NCBI GenBank assembly: GCA_051306005.1 | Contig: JBPPMJ010000003.1 | Coordinates: 97,764-161,763, forward strand | Length of the DNA: 64,000 nucleotides | From: Minisyncoccota bacterium | GTDB taxonomy: Bacteria > Patescibacteriota > Minisyncoccia > Moranbacterales > UBA1568 | Reading direction: 5' to 3' | Part shown: positions 10,080 to 19,025 of the stretch, piece by piece | Numbering within the stretch: the stretch's first letter is position 1 | Layout of the letters: each line of letters starts with the position of its first letter | Made by a program: the position numbers and the translations under genes | The notes under the pieces: model-generated | Seen by the model: the letters and a program-made list of their open reading frames with translations, nothing else | Databases searched by the model: none | What the model was told of the DNA's origin: nothing

Positions 10080-12167
10080 CTATTCAAAGTGAATGCGTTC
10101 CTCAAATTTTTTGAGAGCTTGTTTCAGCAGTGGATGTTTGGAGAGATCAGGATCCTCGGAGAGGATGAGTTTGGCTTCTTCTCTGGCGATCTGGATGAGC
10201 TTGATATTGGTCAGATTTTCCATGGTAATATCCGGTATACCAGATTGACGTGTACCAAAAAAGGCGCCTGGACCGCGCAAGGCCAAGTCAGCTTCGGCGA
10301 TTTCAAATCCGCTGTTTGTTTTAGCAAGGATACGCAAACGTTCACTAGGGGCCGTGAGTGACACACCGGGCAAGAGGAAACAATAAGACTGATGCTCTCC
10401 TCGTCCGATTCGTCCACGAAATTGGTGTAGTTGTGCCAGTCCAAAACGTTCCGCTTCTTCAATCAGCATACAACTGGCATTGGGAACATCTATACCAACC
10501 TCCACGACAGCCGTTGCGACTAGGATAGCATATTTTTTTTCCTTGAAATCACGCATCATGGCTTCTTTTTCAGATGACTTCATCTTGCCATGGAGTAGAC
10601 CGACAGACCATTGAGGAAATACTTCCTGAGCAAGTCGTTGGTGTTCTGCAATAGCCGATTTGACCTCCGTGAAGACGGATGATTCTTCAACGAGTGGCAA
10701 GATAACAAATACTTGGCGCCCTTTGGCAAGTTCGTTTCGGACAAAGGTGTACACTTTCTCTCTCGCCGTTTCATTGTTGGCAATTTTCGTGATAATTGGT
10801 TTGCGGTTTTTTGGGAGTTCATCGAGTATTGAAATATCTAGATTGCCGAAAAATGCGAGTGTTAAAGTGCGAGGAATAGGGGTGGCTGTCATGGTGAGAA
10901 AGTGTGGTACGGTGTGTATATCTCCATCTTGACTACGCAGAGTCGCCTCTTGAAGTTTGGCGCGTTGAGCAACACCGAAGCGATGTTGTTCATCCACTAC
11001 GATGAGTGCTAAGGCATCAAACATTACATCATTCTGAAGAAGCGCATGTGTGCCGACAATGATTCTTGGAATACCGGCTTGGATGGCTTTGATGAGTGTG
11101 GGACGTTTGACCGGTTTGCCGTCAAGTAGGTGATAGTTTCCGGTAAGCAGAGCGACTTGGTGACCAGTTTTGAACAAAAACATGGAAAGACTTTGAAAAT
11201 GTTGACGTGCCAAAATTTCCGTTGGTGCGAGAATGGCGATCTGATAGCCTTGTTCTGCCGTTGCCCATATTGCCAAAGTGGCAACGATAGTTTTACCGCT
11301 ACCGACATCACCATTCAAGAGACGATTCATGGGTTTGGAGAGGCTGAGATCATGCAAGATTTCCGTACTGGCCCTATGTTGCGCCTGTGTGAGTGCAAAA
11401 GGGAGAGAGGCGATGAAGTGTGCCAGCGCTTTTTGGTTTGTCATGATGCTGGGGCTGTGAGCTATTTCAAATTGTGCTTTAATCTGTAGTGCCTTGAGTT
11501 GTACGAGAAACATTTCGTCAAAAGCAAATCGTTTACGCGCTAGGAGTGCCGACGTCTCATCTTTTGGAAAATGAACCATAGTCAGGGCGCGTTTCAGTGA
11601 AGGGAGGTGAAGGCGTTGAGTTATTTCTGCTGGTAGCGGATCGGGAATATCTGTGATTTTTTGCAAGATAGTGGTCAGTTGCCAGCGGAAAAATTTGGAA
11701 GTCAATCCGGCAGTTTCTTGATAGAGGGGTACCAAACGCCCAGTATGTGTCGCTTGTTTGGAGGAATATTCAAAGGCAGGGTTGGACATTATGGGGCCAT
11801 TGGTATCACGCGTAATTTTACCGCTGACGCGAACAATAGATCCAACCTTGAGTGTTTGTGTTACAAAACGTTGATTGAACCAGATGAGACGGAGTGTTCC
11901 AGTTGCATCTTCAATGGTCGCCTCTGTGAGCAACATTTTTTTGTGCCATGTGCGTCCGGCATTGATTTTTGTGATAGTACCGAGGATGGTACAACGGTCA
12001 CCAAGCGCGAGAGTATTGATAGGATGAATAATGGCATAATCTTCATAGCGCGTCGGCAAATGCGCCAGCATATCGCGCACGCTAAAAATACCGAGGCGCT
12101 CTAACTTACTAAGCGTTGGTTTCTTGATGGTGGATACGGCTGAAAGGGGAGTGTCGTATGTCAACAT
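10080..12167 (-). CDS. recG: ATP-dependent DNA helicase RecG
   Basis: MNRLLNGDVGSGKT, DEQHRFG, MTATPIPRTL, QLHQFRGRIGRG, DLALRGPG. Confidence 0.98.
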   Translation of the reverse strand: MLTYDTPLSAVSTIKKPTLSKLERLGIFSVRDMLAHLPTRYEDYAIIHPINTLALGDRCTILGTITKINAGRTWHKKMLLTEATIEDATGTLRLIWFNQRFVTQTLKVGSIVRVSGKITRDTNGPIMSNPAFEYSSKQATHTGRLVPLYQETAGLTSKFFRWQLTTILQKITDIPDPLPAEITQRLHLPSLKRALTMVHFPKDETSALLARKRFAFDEMFLVQLKALQIKAQFEIAHSPSIMTNQKALAHFIASLPFALTQAQHRASTEILHDLSLSKPMNRLLNGDVGSGKTIVATLAIWATAEQGYQIAILAPTEILARQHFQSLSMFLFKTGHQVALLTGNYHLLDGKPVKRPTLIKAIQAGIPRIIVGTHALLQNDVMFDALALIVVDEQHRFGVAQRAKLQEATLRSQDGDIHTVPHFLTMTATPIPRTLTLAFFGNLDISILDELPKNRKPIITKIANNETAREKVYTFVRNELAKGRQVFVILPLVEESSVFTEVKSAIAEHQRLAQEVFPQWSVGLLHGKMKSSEKEAMMRDFKEKKYAILVATAVVEVGIDVPNASCMLIEEAERFGLAQLHQFRGRIGRGEHQSYCFLLPGVSLTAPSERLRILAKTNSGFEIAEADLALRGPGAFFGTRQSGIPDITMENLTNIKLIQIAREEAKLILSEDPDLSKHPLLKQALKKFEERIHFE

Positions 12168-12293
12168 ATGTATTCAGTATATCACTTTCTTGTCATAAAA
12201 AAGTGATTCGATAAAAAACTCCCCAAGTCATATGAACTGAGGGAGCGTTTTGAAGAGATGAGATACCGATGTTTTATATCATCTTTACATGTT

Positions 12294-12626
12294 TCATAGA
12301 GCATCTTGTCGGGAAAAATGGAGAACGCGACATCGTGGAAAAATAACGACATTGCTATTGATAATTGGACGACGAGGTTGTTGTAAGAGCTCTCTGATGA
12401 GCTTGAGATTGTAATCATGCAAGAAATACGCGGGATACCTCAAGTGTATTTTTACCTCTGTTTTGAGCCAATTTTCAATTGAAATGCACGAATGATCAGC
12501 AAAAAACATCCGCATGTAGGCTTTTTCTTCCGGTGTGAGGCTGGCAGAGAGAGTGAAAATAAAGCAAGTTTCTTGAACATTCCAATGAACAGCAGAAACT
12601 TTGTTTTGAAACCTGATGATATCCAT
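12294..12626 (-). CDS. Hypothetical protein (110 aa), paralog of 12808-13140
   Basis: AAGGAG RBS, TTGACT-17-TATAAT promoter, downstream hairpin; shares QNKV..W...LSA.LT.EE..Y and SN.V with its neighbour. Confidence 0.75.
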   Translation of the reverse strand: MDIIRFQNKVSAVHWNVQETCFIFTLSASLTPEEKAYMRMFFADHSCISIENWLKTEVKIHLRYPAYFLHDYNLKLIRELLQQPRRPIINSNVVIFPRCRVLHFSRQDAL

Positions 12627-12807
12627 TGTTTTCTCCTTGTGTATCACATGATACATTTTGTATGATACGATAACATTGACAAGGTGCCTATCATATTGTA
12701 AAAAAACTGATTTTTATTATACACCAATATTCTCAAAAAGTCAATATATTATAAAAAAAACTCCCGAAGTCACGTTGGACCTGGGAGTGGTAGAGTTTAT
12801 TATTCTT

Positions 12808-13140
12808 TTATTGGTATGTGTCTCGCTTTGGTGAGCGAGACTGTGAATGAGGACGTATTGATACAATGTTGCTGTCGCAAATGTCATACTCTCTCCCCAA
12901 TATTTTTTGAACAATCGCTTTTTGATAGCGTGGCAAATATGATGTCTGGCTGAGGAGATGGACACGCGCCTCTGTATTGTGCGCATAGTGTATGAAAATA
13001 TGCGGGTTGTCATCAGCACAAGTGTGCAGATACGTCTGTTCTTCCTCAGTCAAGTCCGCGGATAATTTTAGCGCCAAAAATGATCTTGGATAGACCCAGT
13101 AAATTTTCTGCACTTTGTTTTGCAATGTGAGAATGTTCAT
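12808..13140 (-). CDS. Hypothetical protein (110 aa), paralog of 12294-12626
   Basis: AAGGAG RBS, own promoter-like site and terminator-like hairpin; same motifs as its neighbour. Confidence 0.75.
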   Translation of the reverse strand: MNILTLQNKVQKIYWVYPRSFLALKLSADLTEEEQTYLHTCADDNPHIFIHYAHNTEARVHLLSQTSYLPRYQKAIVQKILGREYDICDSNIVSIRPHSQSRSPKRDTYQ

Positions 13141-13332
13141 GGTCAGCTCCTTGTAATGAAGTGATTCTTACGATGTCAGACCAATAAAATGATTGTTAAG
13201 GTGTTCTTGATGCTAGTAGACTCCATAATGCAATAAAAGTCAAGGAATTGTTTGATTGACGTTTGGTGAGAAGTGTTTTTGATTGTATACTATGAAGAGT
13301 GAGTTTTTTTTGATTTGATAATTTTTCAGAAT

Positions 13333-14187
13333 ATGTCCGAATCACACTCTCCCGTTTGCTATTTCAATGGCACCTTTTTACCACTCAACCAGATACGATT
13401 GCACCCGTATGATCTGGGATTTTTGCGTGGTTATTCGGTGTTTGACGTGATGCCTGTTATTAATGGGAAACCATTTCTGTTTACGGAACATTGGCAACGT
13501 TTGGCACATTCGGCGGACATGTTGTCACTTGCGTTACCAGTCAATGCGACACAGTGCTTTGACATTATGAAAGACCTGATTCGACGGAATGCGGATTTAC
13601 CATGTCAGGCCATGACTTTACGTACAGTATTATCTGGTGGGATTGCAGAAGACGCTTATTCCGCTGTGGCCGGCGATGAAACATTTGTGATTTTGGTGGA
13701 AGCGTTGCATCCGTTGATGGACAACGTTTATACTACGGGTGTAAAATTGCGTCCATTGGAATATGCACGGCAATTTCCTTTGGCCAAGACTGTCAATCAT
13801 ATTGCCTCATTGCGTACTTTGCAAGAAACTCGAGCGATGGGGGCTTTGGAGACCGTTTACGTTCAAAATGGCCTGGTATTGGAAGCATCAACCAGTAACG
13901 TTGCTATCATACACGCAGGAAGCGTTATTGCGCCGAAAGAAGGAGTGTTGGGCGGTGTAACCCTTGGGAAAGTACTGGAACTTGCCAATGAAATGGACAT
14001 ACCGATAGAACGTCGCCCGATGACGTTAGCAGAGACGTTGTCAGCAGACGAAGTGTTTCTGACTGCCAGTAGTAAACGCGTGGTACCCGTCACCTCTATT
14101 GGTGATCATGTCATTGCCAATGGACTTCCCGGACCGATCACACAACGTCTCATGACCGCATTGAATACTTTTATACAACGCTATTGA
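13333..14187 (+). CDS. Class IV PLP aminotransferase (branched-chain/D-amino acid type)
   Basis: DLGFLRGYSVFD, HWQRL, AKTVN (PLP Lys), EASTSN, LGGVT, ADEVFLT. Confidence 0.92.
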   Translation: MSESHSPVCYFNGTFLPLNQIRLHPYDLGFLRGYSVFDVMPVINGKPFLFTEHWQRLAHSADMLSLALPVNATQCFDIMKDLIRRNADLPCQAMTLRTVLSGGIAEDAYSAVAGDETFVILVEALHPLMDNVYTTGVKLRPLEYARQFPLAKTVNHIASLRTLQETRAMGALETVYVQNGLVLEASTSNVAIIHAGSVIAPKEGVLGGVTLGKVLELANEMDIPIERRPMTLAETLSADEVFLTASSKRVVPVTSIGDHVIANGLPGPITQRLMTALNTFIQRY

Positions 14188-14460
14188 TGCGAAACATCAA
14201 GGGATATTATCTTGGAGCAACCAGAAGAACAAAAAGAACATTCTTCTCAATTTGTGAAACAATTTCCTCGAGAAAGCTTTTCAAGAGAACGTGATTCAGT
14301 GGCTACTGCAATTCGTAAAAGACGGCGTGAATGATGTATGGTGTGCCGAACAAGATTCGCGCAATGCATAAAAATAAGTTTGATTATAGCATGGCAAGCA
14401 GTAATGCACCTGCCGACTCTTCCACGGTACACCTTGTTTTTGAATATGTAATGGATAGTA

Positions 14461-14556
14461 CGTACGGCTCTGAACGAAGAAACGAGATCTTTGCCGTTCA
14501 GTTCGTTGATGGTGTCTTTATTGTACCAAGTTAGAACCTATTTCCAAAACAAATGA
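14461..14556 (+). pseudogene. Probable recombinase C-terminal tip spanning an att-like junction
   Basis: Reads RTALNEETRSLPFSSLMVSLLYQVRTYFQNK*; contains the 22-bp copy of the tRNA-Arg 3' flank; tail resembles the one at 49035-49085. Confidence 0.45.
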
Positions 14557-14895
14557 TGTCGCGCACGCGGAGCGCATGGCGGCTCTGACCAAAATCGTAC
14601 GCTCGGAGAAAGTCCCACGCATTGGCGAGTACGCCAGCAACCCCGAAAGAAAAAACACTCCTTGCATTTCTGATTTGGCGGGGGTGAAATTTCTTTTGAA
14701 AAAGGAAAGGATGTTTTTCTTTCGGGGTTCTGCCTGTAAAGATATTCGGGCAGTGCGTGGGGCTTCAATGCGGACTCGGCAAAGCGAAACTATTTTTGCG
14801 GAAGGAAAAGGATTTTGCTTTGCCTCGGCTCTTTTTTGCGAGGATTTGGTATCCGCCGCGCAGGAGGGGTCTGGGGAGGAATGCGGGCGGGTTTC
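14557..14895. repeat. GC-rich dispersed repeat associated with element ends
   Basis: 14560-14670 resembles 49086-49198; 14675-14730 is an inverted copy of 49164-49220; 14818-14868 is a perfect 51-bp inverted copy of 18092-18142. Confidence 0.85.
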
Positions 14896-14904
14896 CTTTC
14901 AGTT

Positions 14905-14934
14905 TTTTTTAATGTTTTCTATGTGAAATAAAAA
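14905..14934. repeat. 30-bp inverted repeat, left copy (partner 16717-16746)
   Basis: ttttttaatgttttctatgtgaaataaaaa, 30/30 reverse complement. Confidence 0.9.
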
Positions 14935-14969
14935 AAGTCTCTCATGCATAACACATGAGAGACCATTGA

Positions 14970-15563
14970 TTACAACTTGATTTCGTTCGTCGTGACCACA
15001 GAACCAATCTTCGAGAAAAATCGAAGAGACTTTTCATGATCCTCGATTGTGGCCGCAGCACAAGCATCTGACACTACTGTGACTATAAAGTCACGGTCAT
15101 GGGCATCTCGAGCCGCCGCCTCAACTGCAAGATCGGTTGCGACTCCTGCAATGAAGACGTGGGATACGCCCATATTACGCAACATAGTTGCAAGAGGAGT
15201 ATCATAGAATGCACTTACCCGTGATTTCTGAATAGTTAAATCAGAATCAATGTAGTTGACTGAAGAGTGGAATTGAGTTGACCACTCACCAATCTTGAGG
15301 ATACCGAAATCTTTCGCTTTTCCAAAAACAGGCGATGATTTTGGTTGATTGGCGTATGAATGGTCGAATCCAAGTCGGACGAAAACAACTGGACATCCCT
15401 TTTCTCTAAAGATGCCAATCGCTTTGTTGAGGTGGTCAAAGGTAGCGGCTTTTTCAATGAATGCCACATATCCTTTCCCTGCGAGTTTTCCTTTTTGGTC
15501 AACGATTTCGTTGACGAAATCGATGACAAGAAGTGCGCTGTTCATGTTTTTTATCTCCTTCAT
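14970..15563 (-). CDS. Cysteine hydrolase/isochorismatase family protein
   Basis: ALLVIDF, KSRVSAF, AGVATDLAV (usual catalytic Cys position is Ala), ARDAHDR, VVSDACA; ATGA overlap with upstream gene. Confidence 0.88.
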   Translation of the reverse strand: MKEIKNMNSALLVIDFVNEIVDQKGKLAGKGYVAFIEKAATFDHLNKAIGIFREKGCPVVFVRLGFDHSYANQPKSSPVFGKAKDFGILKIGEWSTQFHSSVNYIDSDLTIQKSRVSAFYDTPLATMLRNMGVSHVFIAGVATDLAVEAAARDAHDRDFIVTVVSDACAAATIEDHEKSLRFFSKIGSVVTTNEIKL

Positions 15564-16531
15564 GGTTTGTTGTTGAGGCACGTAATCGGACGTGCCTGTA
15601 TGATGATTATATCACAACCAGACACAATAAGCTCTATGTCTTGCGGTGATCCGAAATGTTCCTCTATATCCATACCGAGACGAACTATTTTTTGAATTAG
15701 TTCGTTTGATGTAGCATAGCGAACCCTTTCATTCTGTTGTACTTCCACTTCCACTTTGTTTGTGCGAGTGAAATCCTCAAGTGGTACATACGAAATATGC
15801 CATTTTTTTGATCCAAGTTCTGAAGAAATGACCCTGCCTGATTTTCGATCACATAAGTACATGTCTCCTTGAACTTGTCCTGAGACAATGGCTTCGCATG
15901 CCCCATATGCAATTTCCATGCCAAGTATGACATCCGAGTTTTCAATGGGATCTCGGGTCATAACCACACCGCACGAATCTGCTCGACACATTTCTTGAAC
16001 GAGCACACTCATGCGACTTTGTAGATACGAGTGGTCATTCTTTACATCAAACTGCGCAAGACATCGCTCACTAAAGAGTGATGCAAAGCAATGAAGAATT
16101 GCTTCAGGAACCTTGTGATAAGGAACCATTAGAAACGATTCATATTGACCCGCAAGCGAAGCTTCTTTTGAATCTTCGATCAGCATTGTACCTTTTATGA
16201 CTGGGGCACCAGAAGAACGAATGGCGAAAAATTCTGCACTTGGAATATGTAAACCAAGAGCAGAAAAGATTTCATCTTCGTTTTCCAATGTTCGTCGAAC
16301 AATTTCCTCGCTCATACGTGAAGAAATTTCACTGTATGATTTTCCCTCTGAAAGGATTACGCCAAACAAAGGTAGCAATGACTCAATATGCTGTTTATAA
16401 ACAGCATATGTTATGCCAAAACCGCGAGGTGTACGGAGGTTAAGTTCTGCGAGACTCGCAAGACTTTTTACTTTGTTTCCGAGTTCGGGAGAACCTGTTG
16501 CAAGGTCTCCCATTGGGAATATGTGACTCAT
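15560..16531 (-). CDS. PEP/pyruvate-binding (PPDK N-terminal ATP-grasp) domain protein
   Basis: GNKVKSL, AIRSSG, EDSKEASLAGQYES, VLVQEM, PQDIE, IQARPIT. Confidence 0.9.
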   Translation of the reverse strand: MSHIFPMGDLATGSPELGNKVKSLASLAELNLRTPRGFGITYAVYKQHIESLLPLFGVILSEGKSYSEISSRMSEEIVRRTLENEDEIFSALGLHIPSAEFFAIRSSGAPVIKGTMLIEDSKEASLAGQYESFLMVPYHKVPEAILHCFASLFSERCLAQFDVKNDHSYLQSRMSVLVQEMCRADSCGVVMTRDPIENSDVILGMEIAYGACEAIVSGQVQGDMYLCDRKSGRVISSELGSKKWHISYVPLEDFTRTNKVEVEVQQNERVRYATSNELIQKIVRLGMDIEEHFGSPQDIELIVSGCDIIIIQARPITCLNNKP

Positions 16532-16707
16532 GATTGGTGTTCCTCCTTTTCTGTACCGTGCGGAATGATGCTGATTGACTTTGCCGATGTATCCACAACG
16601 AGAATATCGTCATCTTTCACTTCGAACATAATCCTTTCAACACCAACCATGCACGGTATATTGTTTTCACGTGAGAAAATGGCTGCATGTGAATAGTAAC
16701 CGCCCAA
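16528..16707 (-). pseudogene. 5'-truncated PEP-utilising phospho-His swivel domain
   Basis: Manual translation LGGYYSHAAIFSRENNIPCMVGV...VDT; stop overlaps the next ATG (ATGA); in-frame TAA just upstream, at the repeat boundary. Confidence 0.8.
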
Positions 16708-16716
16708 ATTCTTTTA

Positions 16717-16761
16717 TTTTTATTTCACATAGAAAACATTAAAAAATTTGGCGGCTAGGCT
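16717..16761. repeat. Abutting inverted-repeat ends: 30-bp (partner 14905-14934) and 15-bp tttggcggctaggct (partner 18053-18067)
   Basis: Both are exact reverse complements of their partners. Confidence 0.9.
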
Positions 16762-16841
16762 TGATTAAACCTTAAATTAATACTAGAGTGGTAATCAGTC
16801 GAAGATGTTCTTTGACAACCTAAAACAGCAAAGAGATAAAC

Positions 16842-17374
16842 ATGGCGGATCAAAACACAACTCAACACTCTCTCAAAAAAGACAAGTATGTGAGTACCCG
16901 CGGTGGTAATTCACATTTTCTTGATCTTTTTTGTAGCAAGTGCAACCAGCTTTTGCCCTCTACCAAAAAGACGGGCATGGCTGGTTGCTTCGGATGTACC
17001 TCGATCGAATCTTTGCGCCACAAGAGCTCGCGCTTTTGCAGTCAAAGGTAAGTAGTAAAGCCGATATGCCGAATCTCAAATGTCCGAAATGCGGCGCACT
17101 CATCGGCACACCGATGGTCTACGAAAAAGAGTCGTCTATGAAAAATGGTGTCAATTTCAGGACAAGTGTTTTTCAATTTCGTCCCTATCATGGCACCGAG
17201 CTGTACCACGATATGATCCTGAAAGGAAGGATTATTGATGAGGTTGTGTACAGCGAGAATTTGTCAACAAACATAGGGAGAAAGCAGTTTAACTTCACGA
17301 GTGGTAATTTCTCCGAAGTATCTGATGAGATTCTTCGTGGATTCATTACCAAAACTAATGGAATAAACCGATGA
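16842..17374 (+). pseudogene. Chimeric pseudogene: frameshifted Zn-ribbon protein fused to a radical-SAM-like C-terminal fragment
   Basis: RGGNSHFLDLFCSKC [frameshift ~16950] FALYQKDG..LLRMYLDRI..CPKCG..GTPMVYEKE, then FRTSVFQFRPYHGTELY. Confidence 0.65.
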
Positions 17375-17904
17375 AAAACACAAATGTAATGTGGGGCGGT
17401 CTTTCTGCGAAAAAGGCAAATGATGCGGAGAATCTTGCACCTCTCCACATAGACACAAATACCGGTAAGTTGGTAGCAGAAATTGAGGCGCAGTGCCGCC
17501 ATATCAACTTTTACAAAACAAACCTTGTAAAGTTTCCGCCATTGGATTCCAAGGGGAAGTTGAGATATCCGACACTTAAAGAGTGCGCATTGTGTTATCC
17601 CGAGTTGCAGGTTGAGCTTCAGTTAGTTAATCCTCGTGTTGTCCTATTGCTTGGCAACAAAACGGCAACCTTCGTTTTCCACCAGCTTGGGTTTCAGATG
17701 CCAAAATTATCTTATACATACCAATCCTTTGAGTATGAAAAAAGGTGGTATGTGCCCATCCATCACCCGTCGTACATCATGGTGTACAAGCGAAAGGAGA
17801 AGGATCGATATATCAAGGCAGTGAAAACTGTTATTGAACAACTTGCGGAGTGCACGCCAAGAATTGGAGACGCTAGAATCTTCCAGACAGATCGGAATCT
17901 ATGA
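17371..17904 (+). CDS. Uracil-DNA glycosylase superfamily protein
   Basis: YKTNLVKFPP, LRYPT..E..LC, VNPRVVLLLG, IHHPSY; ATGA-coupled to the preceding frame. Confidence 0.8.
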   Translation: MKNTNVMWGGLSAKKANDAENLAPLHIDTNTGKLVAEIEAQCRHINFYKTNLVKFPPLDSKGKLRYPTLKECALCYPELQVELQLVNPRVVLLLGNKTATFVFHQLGFQMPKLSYTYQSFEYEKRWYVPIHHPSYIMVYKRKEKDRYIKAVKTVIEQLAECTPRIGDARIFQTDRNL

Positions 17905-18052
17905 TTTCGAGATTGTCTCGGAAGAAAATCAGGTGTCGAAAATCGCTCAGATGATCTACGCCAGTTATCTCCAACAGCTCTTTCCACAACAGCCATAACC
18001 TCGCAGCTTCATTTCAGAAATCTCTGAATGGACTGCGAGGTTTCTTTTTTAT

Positions 18053-18154
18053 AGCCTAGCCGCCAAAAATCCGCCGCGCATTCCTCCCGTACCCTCCTGC
18101 GCGGCGGATACCAAATCCTCGCAAAAAAGAGCCGAGGCAAAGTAAATCCTTTTT
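18053..18154. repeat. Inverted copy of the GC-rich repeat end
   Basis: Reverse complement of ~14806-14890 (51-bp perfect core) plus the 15-bp partner of 16747-16761. Confidence 0.9.
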
Positions 18155-18237
18155 CTCAAACCTGCTTCTTGGCGAAAAACAGGTGTGCGCAAGCGCGCCC
18201 CACTATTTGGCTTTGAAAAAGCCGTTGAGTTCGTTGA

Positions 18238-18312
18238 TGGTGCTCTCAGCAGGAATCGAACCTGCATTGCTTCCTTCGGAGGGAAATGTCCTATCCATTG
18301 AACGATGAGAGC
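18238..18312 (-). tRNA. tRNA-Arg(CCG)
   Basis: GCTCTCA...TTTCC-CTCCGAA-GGAAG...GTTCGATTC...TGAGAGCACCA. Confidence 0.93.
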
Positions 18313-18419
18313 AAATATAAAAATATTGCCTTTGCCTGAGTATTGATTGGATATGTTGAACCTGAAAATAAACGTTGATTTGCCCGCAGTCAGAAAATCG
18401 ACCGTGAGTGAAAAAAAGA

Positions 18420-18495
18420 TGGTGTCCTCGGCAGGAATCGAACCTGCGACCTTCTGGACCGCAACCAGACGCTCTATCCACTGAGCTACGGGGAC
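18420..18495 (-). tRNA. tRNA-Arg(GCG)
   Basis: GTCCCCG...TCTGG-TTGCGGT-CCAGA...GTTCGATTC...CGAGGACACCA. Confidence 0.92.
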
Positions 18496-18512
18496 CTCTT
18501 GTTGAGCATTTT

Positions 18513-19025
18513 TTAAATATGCAGGATTTTTTCCAACGTGTCAACCAATCTGGGCTCGTGTTTTTCTTCTGGAATAAAATCGTCCAAGAGGTCTCGCAAG
18601 TGTTCAATATCTTCCGCAATGACGGGGATGTGTACATAAGGGACCAATCTGCCCTGTGTTTCTATACTGAGGATGTTTTCAAAAGGGGGGTCGCGATAAA
18701 TAAAAAATGAGGCAATATTTTCAAATGCGTAAAATTCATCGCCCGCGATAATACCTTTTTCGGTTACAAAAAATGTCAGAGTACGGTACTCGCGGAGCAT
18801 AGAAAGATAGCCAACGACACCAATCAAGATAAAGGTAATCGCCATTAGCAGACTATTTGTATAGAGCGCATAACCAATAATCATGATCAAAAGAATCGTG
18901 ACGATAGTGCGTGAACGTGGACCGAGGTAGAGAGGTTCGTGCTCCAAGGCTTGCCAGCGGAATCGGACTTCACCATATGGCATTGAGGCACTCTGCGTAG
19001 AATGATTGGAAGAGTGAGTAGGCAT
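18513..19025 (-). CDS. Conserved-looking hypothetical membrane protein (2 TM plus soluble domain)
   Basis: WQALEHE, two TM helices, FFVTEKGI; start moved to MPTH to avoid the tRNA-Ser upstream region. Confidence 0.7.
   Translation of the reverse strand: MPTHSSNHSTQSASMPYGEVRFRWQALEHEPLYLGPRSRTIVTILLIMIIGYALYTNSLLMAITFILIGVVGYLSMLREYRTLTFFVTEKGIIAGDEFYAFENIASFFIYRDPPFENILSIETQGRLVPYVHIPVIAEDIEHLRDLLDDFIPEEKHEPRLVDTLEKILHI

Larger units (their letters stand above)
14493..18242. mobile_element. Degenerate tRNA-Arg(CCG)-anchored islet with no recombinase
   Basis: Direct repeat gccgtt(c/g)agttcgttgatggtg at 14493-14514 and 18221-18242 (21/22); the right copy overlaps the tRNA 3' CACCA; fragmentary cargo. 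Confidence 0.75.

Noticed and set aside
14212-14334. Short frame LEQPEEQKEHSSQFVKQFPRESFSRERDS..., possibly a truncated gene start
   Set aside because: Only ~40 codons, no clear start or motif.
14538-14926. ORFs 14538-14768 and 14576-14926 (also 18049-18267 and 48966-49347)
   Set aside because: They are translations of the GC-rich repeat; shared peptides such as FASALFCEDLVSAAQEG reflect the DNA repeat.
18203-18710. ORFs overlapping tRNAs (also 5848-6105, 19147-19359, 57449-57700)
   Set aside because: Shadow frames across tRNA genes.
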